Origin: an uncultured Actinomycetes bacterium
GTDB lineage: Bacteria > Actinomycetota > Thermoleophilia > Gaiellales > Gaiellaceae
NCBI GenBank assembly: GCA_963718355.1
Contig: CAVQZA010000005.1
Span: forward strand, 122,110-186,109
Direction of reading: 5' to 3'
Length of the DNA stretch: 64,000 nucleotides
The translations under genes were made by a program, and so were the position numbers. Under the pieces are notes generated by a model. That model was not told where the DNA came from, searched no databases, and worked only from the letters and a program-made list of their open reading frames with translations. The number at the start of each line of letters is the position of its first letter. The first letter of the stretch is position 1. Below, piece after piece: positions 28,134 to 36,441 of the stretch.

Positions 28134-29676
28134 CGGTTCGCTCCGCCAGCCTGCTGTGCACGAACTGCACGGCCATGGCTCCTTCGCCGACGGCAGTTGC
28201 GCAGCGCTTCGTCGAGCCGGAGCGAACGTCCCCCGCAGCGAACACGCCCGGGAGACTGGTCTCCAGCAGGTGGTCGCTACCCGCGTCGGCGCCAGTGAGG
28301 ATGAACCCGTTCTCGTCGCGTGCGACGACGTCGCCGAGCCACTCGGTGCACGGCAGCGCGCCGAGGAAGAGGAACAGGAACGAGAACGGCAGGCGCTCGC
28401 CGCTCTTCAGCGTGACCGCCTCGATCCGGCCGTCCTCGCCGTGCAGCTCGGCGACCTCGCTCCGGTCGCGCACCGCGACTCCGTACCGCTCGAGCTCCCG
28501 GACGAGGTAGTCGGACATCGTCTCGCGCAGGTCGCCGCGACGATGCAGCAACGTTACGAGCGCCCCGCCGCGCGCAAGCCAGACAGCGGCCTGACCGGCG
28601 GAGTTGCCACCGCCGACCACGCCGACGCGCGCTGCGCCGCAGAGCTGACGCTCCGGAGGCCCGGCCGCGTAGAACACGCTCACGCCCTCGTAGTCCGACA
28701 GGTTGTCGACCGGCAGTCGCCGGTACTGCGCCCCTGTCGCGAGCAGGACCGTGCGCGCCGCGATCACGTGATCCTCTTCGAGCCGTACCAGATAGCCGCC
28801 GTCGGCAGGCTCGAGCGACAGCGCCCGGTACGGCGTCGCGGTCCGCGCCTCGAACTTGCGGGCCTGCGTGATCGCGCGGCTCGTCAGCTCGGCGCCGCTG
28901 ATTCCGGCGGGGAAGCCGAGGTAGTTCTCGATCCGGCGTGATGTGCCCGCCTGTCCGCCGAGCGCACTCCCCTCGACGACCAGGGTTTCCAGCCCCTCCG
29001 AGGCGCCGTAGACCGCAGCCGCGAGACCGGCTGGCCCGCCTCCGACCACGACCAGGTCGACCTCCTCGCGCGGCGCGAGCTCGCGGCCGATCCCCAGCGC
29101 GCGGGACACCTGGGCGGTCGAGGGGCCGCGCAACTCGAGACCGCCCGGCAGCCGCACGAGCGGCAGGCTCCCCTCGTCCGGCGGCGTCGAGTCGAGCCAC
29201 GTGTAGGGCAGCCGGTTGCTGCTCGCGAACTCGACCATCCGCATCGTCGCCTCGGACGAGCGCGGGCCCACGATCTCGAGACCGATCCCGGCGATCTGCT
29301 GCAGCGCCTCGCGCCGCGCGATGAAACTCGTGAGCAACAGGTCGCTGAGGAGGCCGTCCTCGAACAGCAACGGCCGGAGCGCATCGCGATCGACGGCGAT
29401 GTACCGCAACGCCTTCGTCACGACCGCCGTCAGGAAGACCGTCTGGCCCGACAGCAGGCTCACCTCGCCCAGGAAGCCCGAGGTGCCGTGACGGATGATC
29501 TCGTTGCCTTCGCCGTCGCGGATCGCCACTTCGCCCTCGATGATCGCGATGAACGGATACCGCCTGTCGCCGACCTGGAACAGCACGTCGCCGACCGCCG
29601 CGCTGCGCTCCTCACCGAGCTCGGCGAGTGATGCGAGCTGGGACGCGGACAAAACCGGGCTGGCAGGAGCGGCCAC
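28123..29676 (-). CDS. Cyclic-nucleotide-binding domain fused to a thioredoxin-reductase-like FAD/NAD(P) oxidoreductase
   Basis: CAP_ED-like FLGEVSLLSGQ, VVVGGGPAGLAAAVYGASEGL, VGVVGGGNSAGQAA and GVFAAGDV motifs. No CxxC is present. Confidence 0.85.
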   Translation of the reverse strand: MAAPASPVLSASQLASLAELGEERSAAVGDVLFQVGDRRYPFIAIIEGEVAIRDGEGNEIIRHGTSGFLGEVSLLSGQTVFLTAVVTKALRYIAVDRDALRPLLFEDGLLSDLLLTSFIARREALQQIAGIGLEIVGPRSSEATMRMVEFASSNRLPYTWLDSTPPDEGSLPLVRLPGGLELRGPSTAQVSRALGIGRELAPREEVDLVVVGGGPAGLAAAVYGASEGLETLVVEGSALGGQAGTSRRIENYLGFPAGISGAELTSRAITQARKFEARTATPYRALSLEPADGGYLVRLEEDHVIAARTVLLATGAQYRRLPVDNLSDYEGVSVFYAAGPPERQLCGAARVGVVGGGNSAGQAAVWLARGGALVTLLHRRGDLRETMSDYLVRELERYGVAVRDRSEVAELHGEDGRIEAVTLKSGERLPFSFLFLFLGALPCTEWLGDVVARDENGFILTGADAGSDHLLETSLPGVFAAGDVRSGSTKRCATAVGEGAMAVQFVHSRLAERTATT

Positions 29677-29699
29677 CTTCTGAGATTACCGAGACGGAC

Positions 29700-30395
29700 C
29701 TAGAAGGCGATCAGCTTCTCCATCTGCGGCGAGGGCTCGAGCCCGAGCTCGTCGTGCAGGAGCGCGCGGAAGCGCCGGTACTGGGTCAGTGCCTCGTTGC
29801 GGTTTCCCTCGGCGAGATGCGCCCGCACGAGCGCGCGGTGGGCGCTCTCGCGCAGCGGCTCGCTCCGCATCGCGGAGAGGCCGGCCTCGATCGCCTCGCC
29901 AAATCGATTTGCCTCGACGAGCCGGTCACAGAGGCGCTCGAGCGCATGGACGCGGAGCTGGCGGAAGCGCTCGCGCTCGACCGCGACCCAGTCGTCGTAC
30001 CAGTCCGGAAGCAGGTCGTGCGAGAGCAGGAGGCAGTCGGGGCTCGGGCACTCCGACTCCGCCGGATCGAGCAGGCGCCGCGCCTGGGCCGCCGCGTCGT
30101 CGACGTCGACCGCGACGTCGGCCGCGAGGCAGAGTCGCTCGCCGTTCGTCTCGATGAAGCGGTAGCGCCTGTTCAGACGCCACAGCGCCGACCGGAGACT
30201 GCCGGCGGCGCGATCCTCCGGCGAGTCGAGCCACAAAGAGCCGGCGACGAACGGCCGTAACAGCGAGCGGCCGTGCAGCGCGAGGAAGACGAGCACGCGC
30301 TGGCCGTTCATCGGCAGCGTGATCGACTCGCCGCCGACCGAGAGATCGAACGCGCCGAGCAGCCTGAGCCGCGGAGCCTGATCGGCTAGCGGCAT
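29700..30395 (-). CDS. Small SARP-type regulator (OmpR-like winged helix plus BTAD domain)
   Basis: LRLLGAFDLSVGG...RVLVFLALHG..., DLLPDWYDDWVAVERERFRQLRVHALERL and ALTQYRRFRALLHDELGLEPSPQM. Confidence 0.8.
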   Translation of the reverse strand: MPLADQAPRLRLLGAFDLSVGGESITLPMNGQRVLVFLALHGRSLLRPFVAGSLWLDSPEDRAAGSLRSALWRLNRRYRFIETNGERLCLAADVAVDVDDAAAQARRLLDPAESECPSPDCLLLSHDLLPDWYDDWVAVERERFRQLRVHALERLCDRLVEANRFGEAIEAGLSAMRSEPLRESAHRALVRAHLAEGNRNEALTQYRRFRALLHDELGLEPSPQMEKLIAF

Positions 30396-30491
30396 CGCAC
30401 CGCCGTCCCAGGCTCAAGGGTGGGAGTACCGCCGCAGCAACGGTTCGGCGAACAAACCACCCGACCCCCCGTCGCTCTCGCCCGCTCGACA

Positions 30492-30520
30492 AGAATAGGA
30501 CGGAGCGGTCAGTCGGTCAA
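30492..30520 (-). promoter_or_regulatory. Near-consensus sigma-70 promoter candidate (TTGACC-17 nt-TATTCT) for the SARP gene
   Basis: On the minus strand, TTGACC (30520-30515), a 17-nt spacer and TATTCT (30497-30492). It sits immediately after the marR stop and about 95 nt upstream of the SARP ATG. Confidence 0.4.
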
Positions 30521-31003
30521 TCAGCGCTTGACGTGCCAGTCGTAGCGGGTGGCGATCAACTCGAGTGACTCGCGCAGCGACTTGCGTGCGCTCGCGTCGA
30601 GCGGCTCGAGCACGCTCTCCTCGAGCCGCATCGCGATCCCGCGAAGCTTGACGAGCTGGCGCTTGCCGTCCGCGGTGAGGCTCACGCCGTGGCGGCGCCG
30701 GTCATTCGGATCGCGCCGGCGCTCGACCAGCCCTTGCTCCTCGAGCGAGTCGAGCACGCCGACGAGCTGGCTGCTGTCGAGGGCGAGCATCTGCGCGATC
30801 GTGGACTGCGCCGAGCAGTCGCCCTCGGCGAGGAGCGCGAGGACGCTGTAGTGGTACATGCTCGAGCCGGCCTGCTCGAAGTCCTCGAGGGCCTGGGCCT
30901 TGATCGCCGTGCCGACGCGGGCCAGGAGGACGGCAGTGTTGTCGAGCAGCTCCTGCGGCGGGGCCGCCGGACGGTGCTCGAGCTCGGGGGCGGGTGTGCT
31001 CAT
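30521..31003 (-). CDS. MarR family transcriptional regulator
   Basis: YHYSVLALLAEGDCSAQSTIAQMLALDSSQLVGVLDSLEEQGLVERRRDPNDRR winged-helix pattern. Confidence 0.85.
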   Translation of the reverse strand: MSTPAPELEHRPAAPPQELLDNTAVLLARVGTAIKAQALEDFEQAGSSMYHYSVLALLAEGDCSAQSTIAQMLALDSSQLVGVLDSLEEQGLVERRRDPNDRRRHGVSLTADGKRQLVKLRGIAMRLEESVLEPLDASARKSLRESLELIATRYDWHVKR

Positions 31004-31025
31004 CGGGAATAAGCGTAGCTGCGCA

Positions 31026-31064
31026 GATCGTTGATAGGGTTCATCATCGACTTGTTCAACGATC
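31026..31064. promoter_or_regulatory. Candidate MarR operator: 9-bp perfect inverted repeat GATCGTTGA-N21-TCAACGATC in the marR/MFS divergent region
   Basis: Read directly at 31026-31034 and 31056-31064. It ends 4 nt before the MFS start region. Confidence 0.4.
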
Positions 31065-31068
31065 GGAG

Positions 31069-32532
31069 ATGCAAATGACTTCCCTCGATACTCGCAAACG
31101 ATGGTTCGCGCTGGCTGTGATCGTGGCTGCTCAGTTCATGGTCGTGCTCGATGTGGCGATCGTGAACGTTGCGCTGCCGTCGATCAAGGTCGACCTCAAC
31201 TTCAGCCAGGACAGCCTCCAGTGGGTGATCACCGCCTACGCGATCTTCTTCGGCGGCCTGCTCCTGCTCGGCGGCCGGCTCGCCGACCTGCTCGGACGCC
31301 GCCGCATCTTCATCGCGGGCGTGGTGATCTTCACCACCGCGTCGCTCCTGAACGGGCTCGCCTGGTCAGAAGGGTCGCTGATCGCGTTCCGCTCGCTCCA
31401 GGGGATCGGCGCAGCACTGCTCTCGCCCGCCGCCCTCTCGATCCTGATGACCATGTTCGCCGAGGGCCGCGAGCGCAACCTCGCCCTGGGAATCTGGGGA
31501 GCCGCCTCGGGTAGCGGCGCCGCCGCCGGCGTCCTGCTCGGCGGAATACTCACCAGCGCCTTCAGCTGGTCGTGGATCTTCTTCATCAACGTCCCGGCCG
31601 GCCTGGCCGTGCTCGCGCTGGCGCCGTTTCTCCTGCCCGAGAGTCGCGCCAACCTCGCGCACCGCCACTTCGATGCCGCGGGCGCCGTCTCGATCACGAG
31701 CGGCCTGATGCTCCTCGTGTACGCAATGTCGCGTGCGACCCAGCACGGCTGGGGGACCCCGGAGACGATCGGCCTCCTCGTCGCTTCCGCGGCGCTGATC
31801 CTCGCGTTCGTCGGGATCGAGTTCCGCTCCAAGGCGCCGCTGCTGCCGCTCGGGATCTTCAAGCTGCGGACGCTCACGGCCTCGAACATCAGCGGGCTCC
31901 TGCTCGCCGCCTCGTTGTTCTCGCAGTTCTTCCTGCTGACGCTCTACATGCAGCAGGTGCTGCACTACTCGGCGCTGAAGACCGGCGTCGCCTACATCGC
32001 GCTCACGCTCACGATCATCCTGTGCTCCGGGGCGGCGCAGGCGCTCACGACCCGGTACGGCGTTCGGCGCACGCTGCCCGCCGGGATGATCATCGCCGCC
32101 GCCGGGTTGGTGCTCTTCGCCCGCCTGCCGGTGCACGGGCACTACTTCTGGGATCTCTTCCCGGCCTTCCTGCTCAGCGGCGTCGGCCTCGCGTTCGCCT
32201 TCGTGCCGATGTCGATCGGCGGGCTCACCGGAGTCCGGCAGTCCGAGGCAGGCATCGCCTCGGGGCTGATCAACACCAGCCAGCAGATCGGCGGGGCGAT
32301 CGGCGTCGCGGCTGCGACCACCATCGCGATCACGTTCACGGATCACTACGTGAACTCGCACCCCGGCGCGACCGCGCTCAGCCCGGCTGCGCTCACGTAC
32401 GGCTTCCAGATCACGTTCTACGCGCTCGCCGCGATCGCGGCGGCCGGAGCGGTCATTGCGCTCGTGCTCACCGATCCGCGTGAGGCCCAGGTCGCAGTGT
32501 CCGAGGACGAGGTCGTCCTGGAGGCAGCGTGA
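31069..32532 (+). CDS. MFS drug:H+ antiporter, DHA2 (EmrB/QacA, 14-TMS) family
   Basis: RKRWFALAVIVAAQFMVVLDVAIVNVALPSI and GRLADLLGRRR motifs with about 14 hydrophobic segments. Start at ATG 31069 or 31075. Confidence 0.85.
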   Translation: MQMTSLDTRKRWFALAVIVAAQFMVVLDVAIVNVALPSIKVDLNFSQDSLQWVITAYAIFFGGLLLLGGRLADLLGRRRIFIAGVVIFTTASLLNGLAWSEGSLIAFRSLQGIGAALLSPAALSILMTMFAEGRERNLALGIWGAASGSGAAAGVLLGGILTSAFSWSWIFFINVPAGLAVLALAPFLLPESRANLAHRHFDAAGAVSITSGLMLLVYAMSRATQHGWGTPETIGLLVASAALILAFVGIEFRSKAPLLPLGIFKLRTLTASNISGLLLAASLFSQFFLLTLYMQQVLHYSALKTGVAYIALTLTIILCSGAAQALTTRYGVRRTLPAGMIIAAAGLVLFARLPVHGHYFWDLFPAFLLSGVGLAFAFVPMSIGGLTGVRQSEAGIASGLINTSQQIGGAIGVAAATTIAITFTDHYVNSHPGATALSPAALTYGFQITFYALAAIAAAGAVIALVLTDPREAQVAVSEDEVVLEAA

Positions 32533-32744
32533 TCAGCGCACGCGACTACGAGCGGAGCTTCCGCGAGGTCGACGACCTCCTGCTCCGCCTCAAGGGGCTC
32601 GTCCTCGTGAAGGCGCTGCTCCCCGAGCGCGGCGCGAGTGAACCGGAGCTCCGTGCGCACGGCCGGGAGATCGAGCGGGTGCGGGCGAGTCTCGCCACGC
32701 TCGTGCAGAAGAAGGGCGGCGGCGCGTTCAGCGCCGCCGCCTGA
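32529..32744 (+). CDS. Small hypothetical protein (71 aa), translationally coupled to the MFS gene
   Basis: GTGA overlap at 32529. Predicted helical; no family recognised. Confidence 0.35.
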   Translation: MISARDYERSFREVDDLLLRLKGLVLVKALLPERGASEPELRAHGREIERVRASLATLVQKKGGGAFSAAA

Positions 32745-32751
32745 ACCTCTT

Positions 32752-33408
32752 CTAGGTGGTGGTGGCGAGCCCGATCGGGCACGCGACGCCGGTGCCGCCC
32801 AGGCCGCAGTAGCCGTTCGGGTTCTTCGCGAGGTACTGCTGGTGGTACGGCTCCGCGTAGTAGAACTCGCCGGCGGGCGCGAGCTCCGTGGTGATCGGGC
32901 CGTAGCCCTCCGCGGTGAGCATCTGCTGGTAGGCGTCGCGCGAGCGCTCGGCGATCGCCTTCTGCTCGTCGGTCGTCCAGTAGAGCGCCGAGCGGTACGT
33001 CGTGCCGACGTCGTTGCCCTGGCGCGCGCCCTGGGTCGGGTCGTGACCCTCCCAGAAGAGGCGCAGGATCTCCTCGTAGCTCGTCACGGACGGGTCGAAG
33101 ACGACGAGCACGACCTCGGCATGACCGGTGCGGCCGGTGCAGGTCTCCTCGTAGGTCGGGTTCGGCGTGTAGCCGCCGGAGTAGCCGACGGCAGTGGTGT
33201 AGACGCCGGGAGCGCGCCAGAAGATGCGCTCGGCGCCCCAGAAACAGCCCATCCCGACGATCGCCTGCTCGAAGCCGTCGGGGAACGGCGGCCGAAGCGG
33301 ATTCCCGAGCACCTCGTGGCGCTCCGGCACCTGCATCGGCTCCTCGCGACCGGCCAGCGCCTCTTCAGGCGTGACCATCGCGGACTTGTCACGGAATAGA
33401 GAGAACAT
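32752..33408 (-). CDS. msrA: Peptide-methionine (S)-S-oxide reductase
   Basis: GMGCFWGAE active-site motif, [14 protein letters not shown] and HAEVV. Confidence 0.9.
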   Translation of the reverse strand: MFSLFRDKSAMVTPEEALAGREEPMQVPERHEVLGNPLRPPFPDGFEQAIVGMGCFWGAERIFWRAPGVYTTAVGYSGGYTPNPTYEETCTGRTGHAEVVLVVFDPSVTSYEEILRLFWEGHDPTQGARQGNDVGTTYRSALYWTTDEQKAIAERSRDAYQQMLTAEGYGPITTELAPAGEFYYAEPYHQQYLAKNPNGYCGLGGTGVACPIGLATTT

Positions 33409-33410
33409 GC

Positions 33411-34271
33411 TTACAGGGTAGCCAGCTGAAGTGAGGTGAGGCCGGGATCCGGGGCCACGTCCGGGTGGAAGAGGTGTGCGAGCTGGCGGACGCCGTCAGC
33501 GAGCCGCGGGGCCGGTCGCGAGTAGTAGCTGTCGCCGTCCACAGCGACCGCGGGGCAGGGGAGGCGCAGGTCGACGGCGCGCTCGGCGGCCTCCTCGGCG
33601 CCGAACCCGCACGGCGCGATCACGACGAGCTCCGGCGCCTCGGCGATCACCTCCTCCCAGGTCACCGCATAGGACGGGCGGCCCGGGCGGCCGAGGATGT
33701 CCGTGCCGCCGGCGAGGTGGATCATCTCAGGCAGCCAGTGGCCGGCGCAGAACGGCGGGTCGATCCACTCCGCGAAGAAGACGCGGCGGCGCGGCAGGCC
33801 CTTCACCGCGGCCGAGGCGAGCTCGATCGCCGCCCACATCTCGGCCACGATCTCCTCGCCGCACTCGACCCGGTCGAGCTTTGTCGCGAGGATGCGAACG
33901 GTCTCGGCGACGTCGGCGAGCGAGCGTGGGTCGAGCGAGAGCACCTCGGCTCCGACGGGGGCTAGCTGGCCGCTCGAAACGGCGCACACCGCGCAGAGGT
34001 CCTGGGTCACGATTAGATCCGGCGCGAGCTTCTCGATCAGATCCGCGTCGACCGAGTAGAGCGAGCGGCCGTCTCGCACCGAGTCGCGCACGGCCTGGTC
34101 GATCTCGAGGCTCGTCAGCGACGCAGGGTCGATTCGTGCCGCCGTTACGACCGGCTTGCCAACCACCTCGGGGGGCCAGCGGCACTCGGCTGAGACGCCG
34201 ACGAGCGAGTCGATCAGCCCGAGTTGCGCGATCATCTCCGTCGCACTCGGTAAGAGTGAGCAGATGCGCAT
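33411..34271 (-). CDS. BtuF/TroA-fold (periplasmic-binding-protein class 8) protein without an obvious signal peptide
   Basis: [27 protein letters not shown] and DLIVTQDLC are typical of cobalamin/siderophore-binding-like proteins. Start ATG 34271. Confidence 0.65.
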   Translation of the reverse strand: MRICSLLPSATEMIAQLGLIDSLVGVSAECRWPPEVVGKPVVTAARIDPASLTSLEIDQAVRDSVRDGRSLYSVDADLIEKLAPDLIVTQDLCAVCAVSSGQLAPVGAEVLSLDPRSLADVAETVRILATKLDRVECGEEIVAEMWAAIELASAAVKGLPRRRVFFAEWIDPPFCAGHWLPEMIHLAGGTDILGRPGRPSYAVTWEEVIAEAPELVVIAPCGFGAEEAAERAVDLRLPCPAVAVDGDSYYSRPAPRLADGVRQLAHLFHPDVAPDPGLTSLQLATL

Positions 34272-34431
34272 GCCCGTCGACTCTAGCCTGTGCCGGTCCT
34301 GCCGCTTCGCACGCGAGGTCAAAGGCCGCCTCGGCCAGCGCTACCTACTCTGCCGCAACGAGGCGATCGCCGCGAAGTACCCGCCGCAGCCGGTGCGCGA
34401 GTGCGCGGGTTACGCGCGCCGCGACGCGTAG
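34264..34431 (+). CDS. Small 4-Cys (zinc-ribbon-like) protein, about 55 aa
   Basis: [15 protein letters not shown]...LLCRNE...RECAGY. Its start overlaps the divergent gene start within the palindrome ATGCGCAT. Confidence 0.4.
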   Translation: MRMPVDSSLCRSCRFAREVKGRLGQRYLLCRNEAIAAKYPPQPVRECAGYARRDA

Positions 34432-34442
34432 GATCGGGCCGC

Positions 34443-35107
34443 ATGGGCCAGGCGATCGGACAGATTCTCCCGCTCGCGGTCGCCGTCGGGATCAGCCCGA
34501 TCCCGATCATCGCCGTGATCCTGATGCTCACGAGCAAACGTGGCGCTGTGAACGGGCCCGCGTTCCTCGTCGGTTGGATCGCCGGCATCGGGATCGTCGG
34601 TGCGCTCGTGCTCCTCGTCATCAAGCCGCTCAGGGCAAGCTCCGAAGGCGAGCCGGCGACGTGGGTCAGCTCGTGCAACTCGTGCTTGGCCTCCTGCTTC
34701 TCCTGCTCGCGCTACGCCAGTGGCAAGGGCGCGCCGAGACGGCGGAGCCGGCCTGGATGGCCGCTGTCGAGGACTTCTCCCCGGCGAAGGGACTCGGCAC
34801 GGGCGTCGTGCTCGCCGCCGTGAATCCCAAGAACCTGCTGCTCTCGGTCGCCGCAGCGGAGACGATCGCCGGCGCCGGGCTCAGTTCCGGCGAGGAGACG
34901 ATCGCCTATTCAGTGTTCGCGGTGATCGCGACGATCGGCGTGGCCGTCCCGATCGTCATCCACTTCGTGATGACCGACCGGGACGACTCGCTGCTCGAGA
35001 GCATCCACAAGTGGATGGCCCGGAACAATGCCGTGATCATGGCCGTGCTGTTCGTCGTGATCGGCGCGAAACTGATCGGCGACGCGATCAGCAGCCTGTC
35101 GGGCTAG
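34443..35107 (+). pseudogene. GAP family (Sap-like) membrane protein, apparently frameshifted near 34660-34675
   Basis: The N-terminal 70 aa (MGQAIGQILPLAVAVGISPIPIIAVILML...) are in frame 0. The C-terminal 150 aa (LVQLVLGLLLLLLALRQWQGR...NPKNLLL...) are in frame 2. Confidence 0.6.
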
Positions 35108-36105
35108 GCCGCGTCGGCCAGCCGGGCGAGCGCGTCCCGCTCGAGCTGGCGCACCCGCTCGCGCGAGATCTTGAGCTCACGCCCGATCGCCTCGAGCGAG
35201 GCCTGCTGCCCGTCGAAGCCGAAGCGCAGCTCGAGGATCCGCCGCTCGGTCTCGGGCAGCTTGCTGAGCGCCGTCCGCATCTCCTGGCGCCGCAGCGCGT
35301 CGCCCGCCTCCTCGGCGGGATCAGCTGCGAACGGATCGGCGAACAGGTCGCCGAGCTCGCCGTCGCCGTCGCTCCCGACCGCCTGGTTGAGCGAGGCAGA
35401 CACCGAGACTGCGCTGAGCGCCTCCTCGGCGTGGACGAGCTCGAGCCCGGCCGCCTCGGCCAGCTCCTCGATCGTCGGCTCGCGCCCGAGCTCCAGCTCG
35501 AGGCGCCGGCGTGCGCGCCCCAGCTTCACCTGGCGCTCGTTGACGTGGGCGGGAACCCGGATCGTGCGCGACTGGTTCGAGATCGCACGCTGACAGGCCT
35601 GGCGAATCCACCAGGTCGCGTACGTCGAGAACTTGTAGCCGCGCCGCCAGTCGAACTTCTCGACCGCGCGATTGAGCCCGATCACACCCTCCTGGACGAG
35701 GTCCAGCAGCGGCAGGTCGTGCCCCTGGTAGCGCTTCGCGATCGAGACGACGAGGCGCAGGTTGGAGTTGATCATCCGCTCCTTGGCCGCGCGGTCGCCG
35801 CGCTCGACGCGCTTCGCCAGCGCGACCTCCTCCGCGGCGGTGAGCAGCTGGTGACGGCCGATCTGGTTCATGAACATGGTCAGGGCGTCCGAGGTCGCGC
35901 CCGCTCCGGGCTCGATGCTCAGCTCGAGCTCGGCCTCCTCGGCCTGGATCTCGACGCCGCGGGTCTCGAGCTCGACGCGCAGGGCGGCCAGGTCCTCGTC
36001 GTCGAGGTCGTGCTCGACCGCGAGTGCGGCGAGCTCGGGCTCGGCAACGAAGCCGGCCTCTTCGGCCTGCTCGAGAAATCCATTCAGTTCGTCAGTTGGA
36101 AACAC
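35104..36105 (-). CDS. Sigma-70 family RNA polymerase sigma factor (group 1/2, RpoD-like)
   Basis: Region 2 [55 protein letters not shown], region 3, and region 4 [10 protein letters not shown]...[16 protein letters not shown]. Confidence 0.9.
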   Translation of the reverse strand: MFPTDELNGFLEQAEEAGFVAEPELAALAVEHDLDDEDLAALRVELETRGVEIQAEEAELELSIEPGAGATSDALTMFMNQIGRHQLLTAAEEVALAKRVERGDRAAKERMINSNLRLVVSIAKRYQGHDLPLLDLVQEGVIGLNRAVEKFDWRRGYKFSTYATWWIRQACQRAISNQSRTIRVPAHVNERQVKLGRARRRLELELGREPTIEELAEAAGLELVHAEEALSAVSVSASLNQAVGSDGDGELGDLFADPFAADPAEEAGDALRRQEMRTALSKLPETERRILELRFGFDGQQASLEAIGRELKISRERVRQLERDALARLADAA

Positions 36106-36135
36106 TGTGTTCTTGATTCTCCTCTACTTCTCGGC

Positions 36136-36345
36136 TTACGCGACGGTGCTGCGGGCACGGCGCCTCTCGAAGCGCTCCGTGCGGCTTCCTTGCGAAACGG
36201 CCCGTTGCACCCCGGTGTAGACGGGATGACAGTTCGAGCAGGCATCGACCACAATCTCACGTTTCGTGGAGCGAGTCTCGAAGACGGTGTCACAGCTGCT
36301 GCAACGGACGGTCGCAAGTGTCAATTCAGGGTGGTTGCCCCTCAT
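36136..36345 (-). CDS. rpmE: 50S ribosomal protein L31 (Zn-ribbon type A)
   Basis: HPEL...CSSCDTVFETRST...VDACSNCHPVYTG. Confidence 0.9.
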   Translation of the reverse strand: MRGNHPELTLATVRCSSCDTVFETRSTKREIVVDACSNCHPVYTGVQRAVSQGSRTERFERRRARSTVA

Positions 36346-36441
36346 TGTCGTTCTCCTTTCGCAGGACGCAATGCGCGCCGAGACTTCTCCTCAAAGTCTG
36401 TCTCTGCGCGCGTACCACTTAGAACGACGCGGGACCGGCGT

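Noticed and set aside
26039-28510. 823-aa plus-strand ORF overlapping the MMPL gene
   Set aside because: It is an alternative frame of the MMPL gene that continues antisense into the TrxR-like gene. It is Arg/Gly/Pro-rich, whereas the frame starting at 25962 shows the MMPL motifs.
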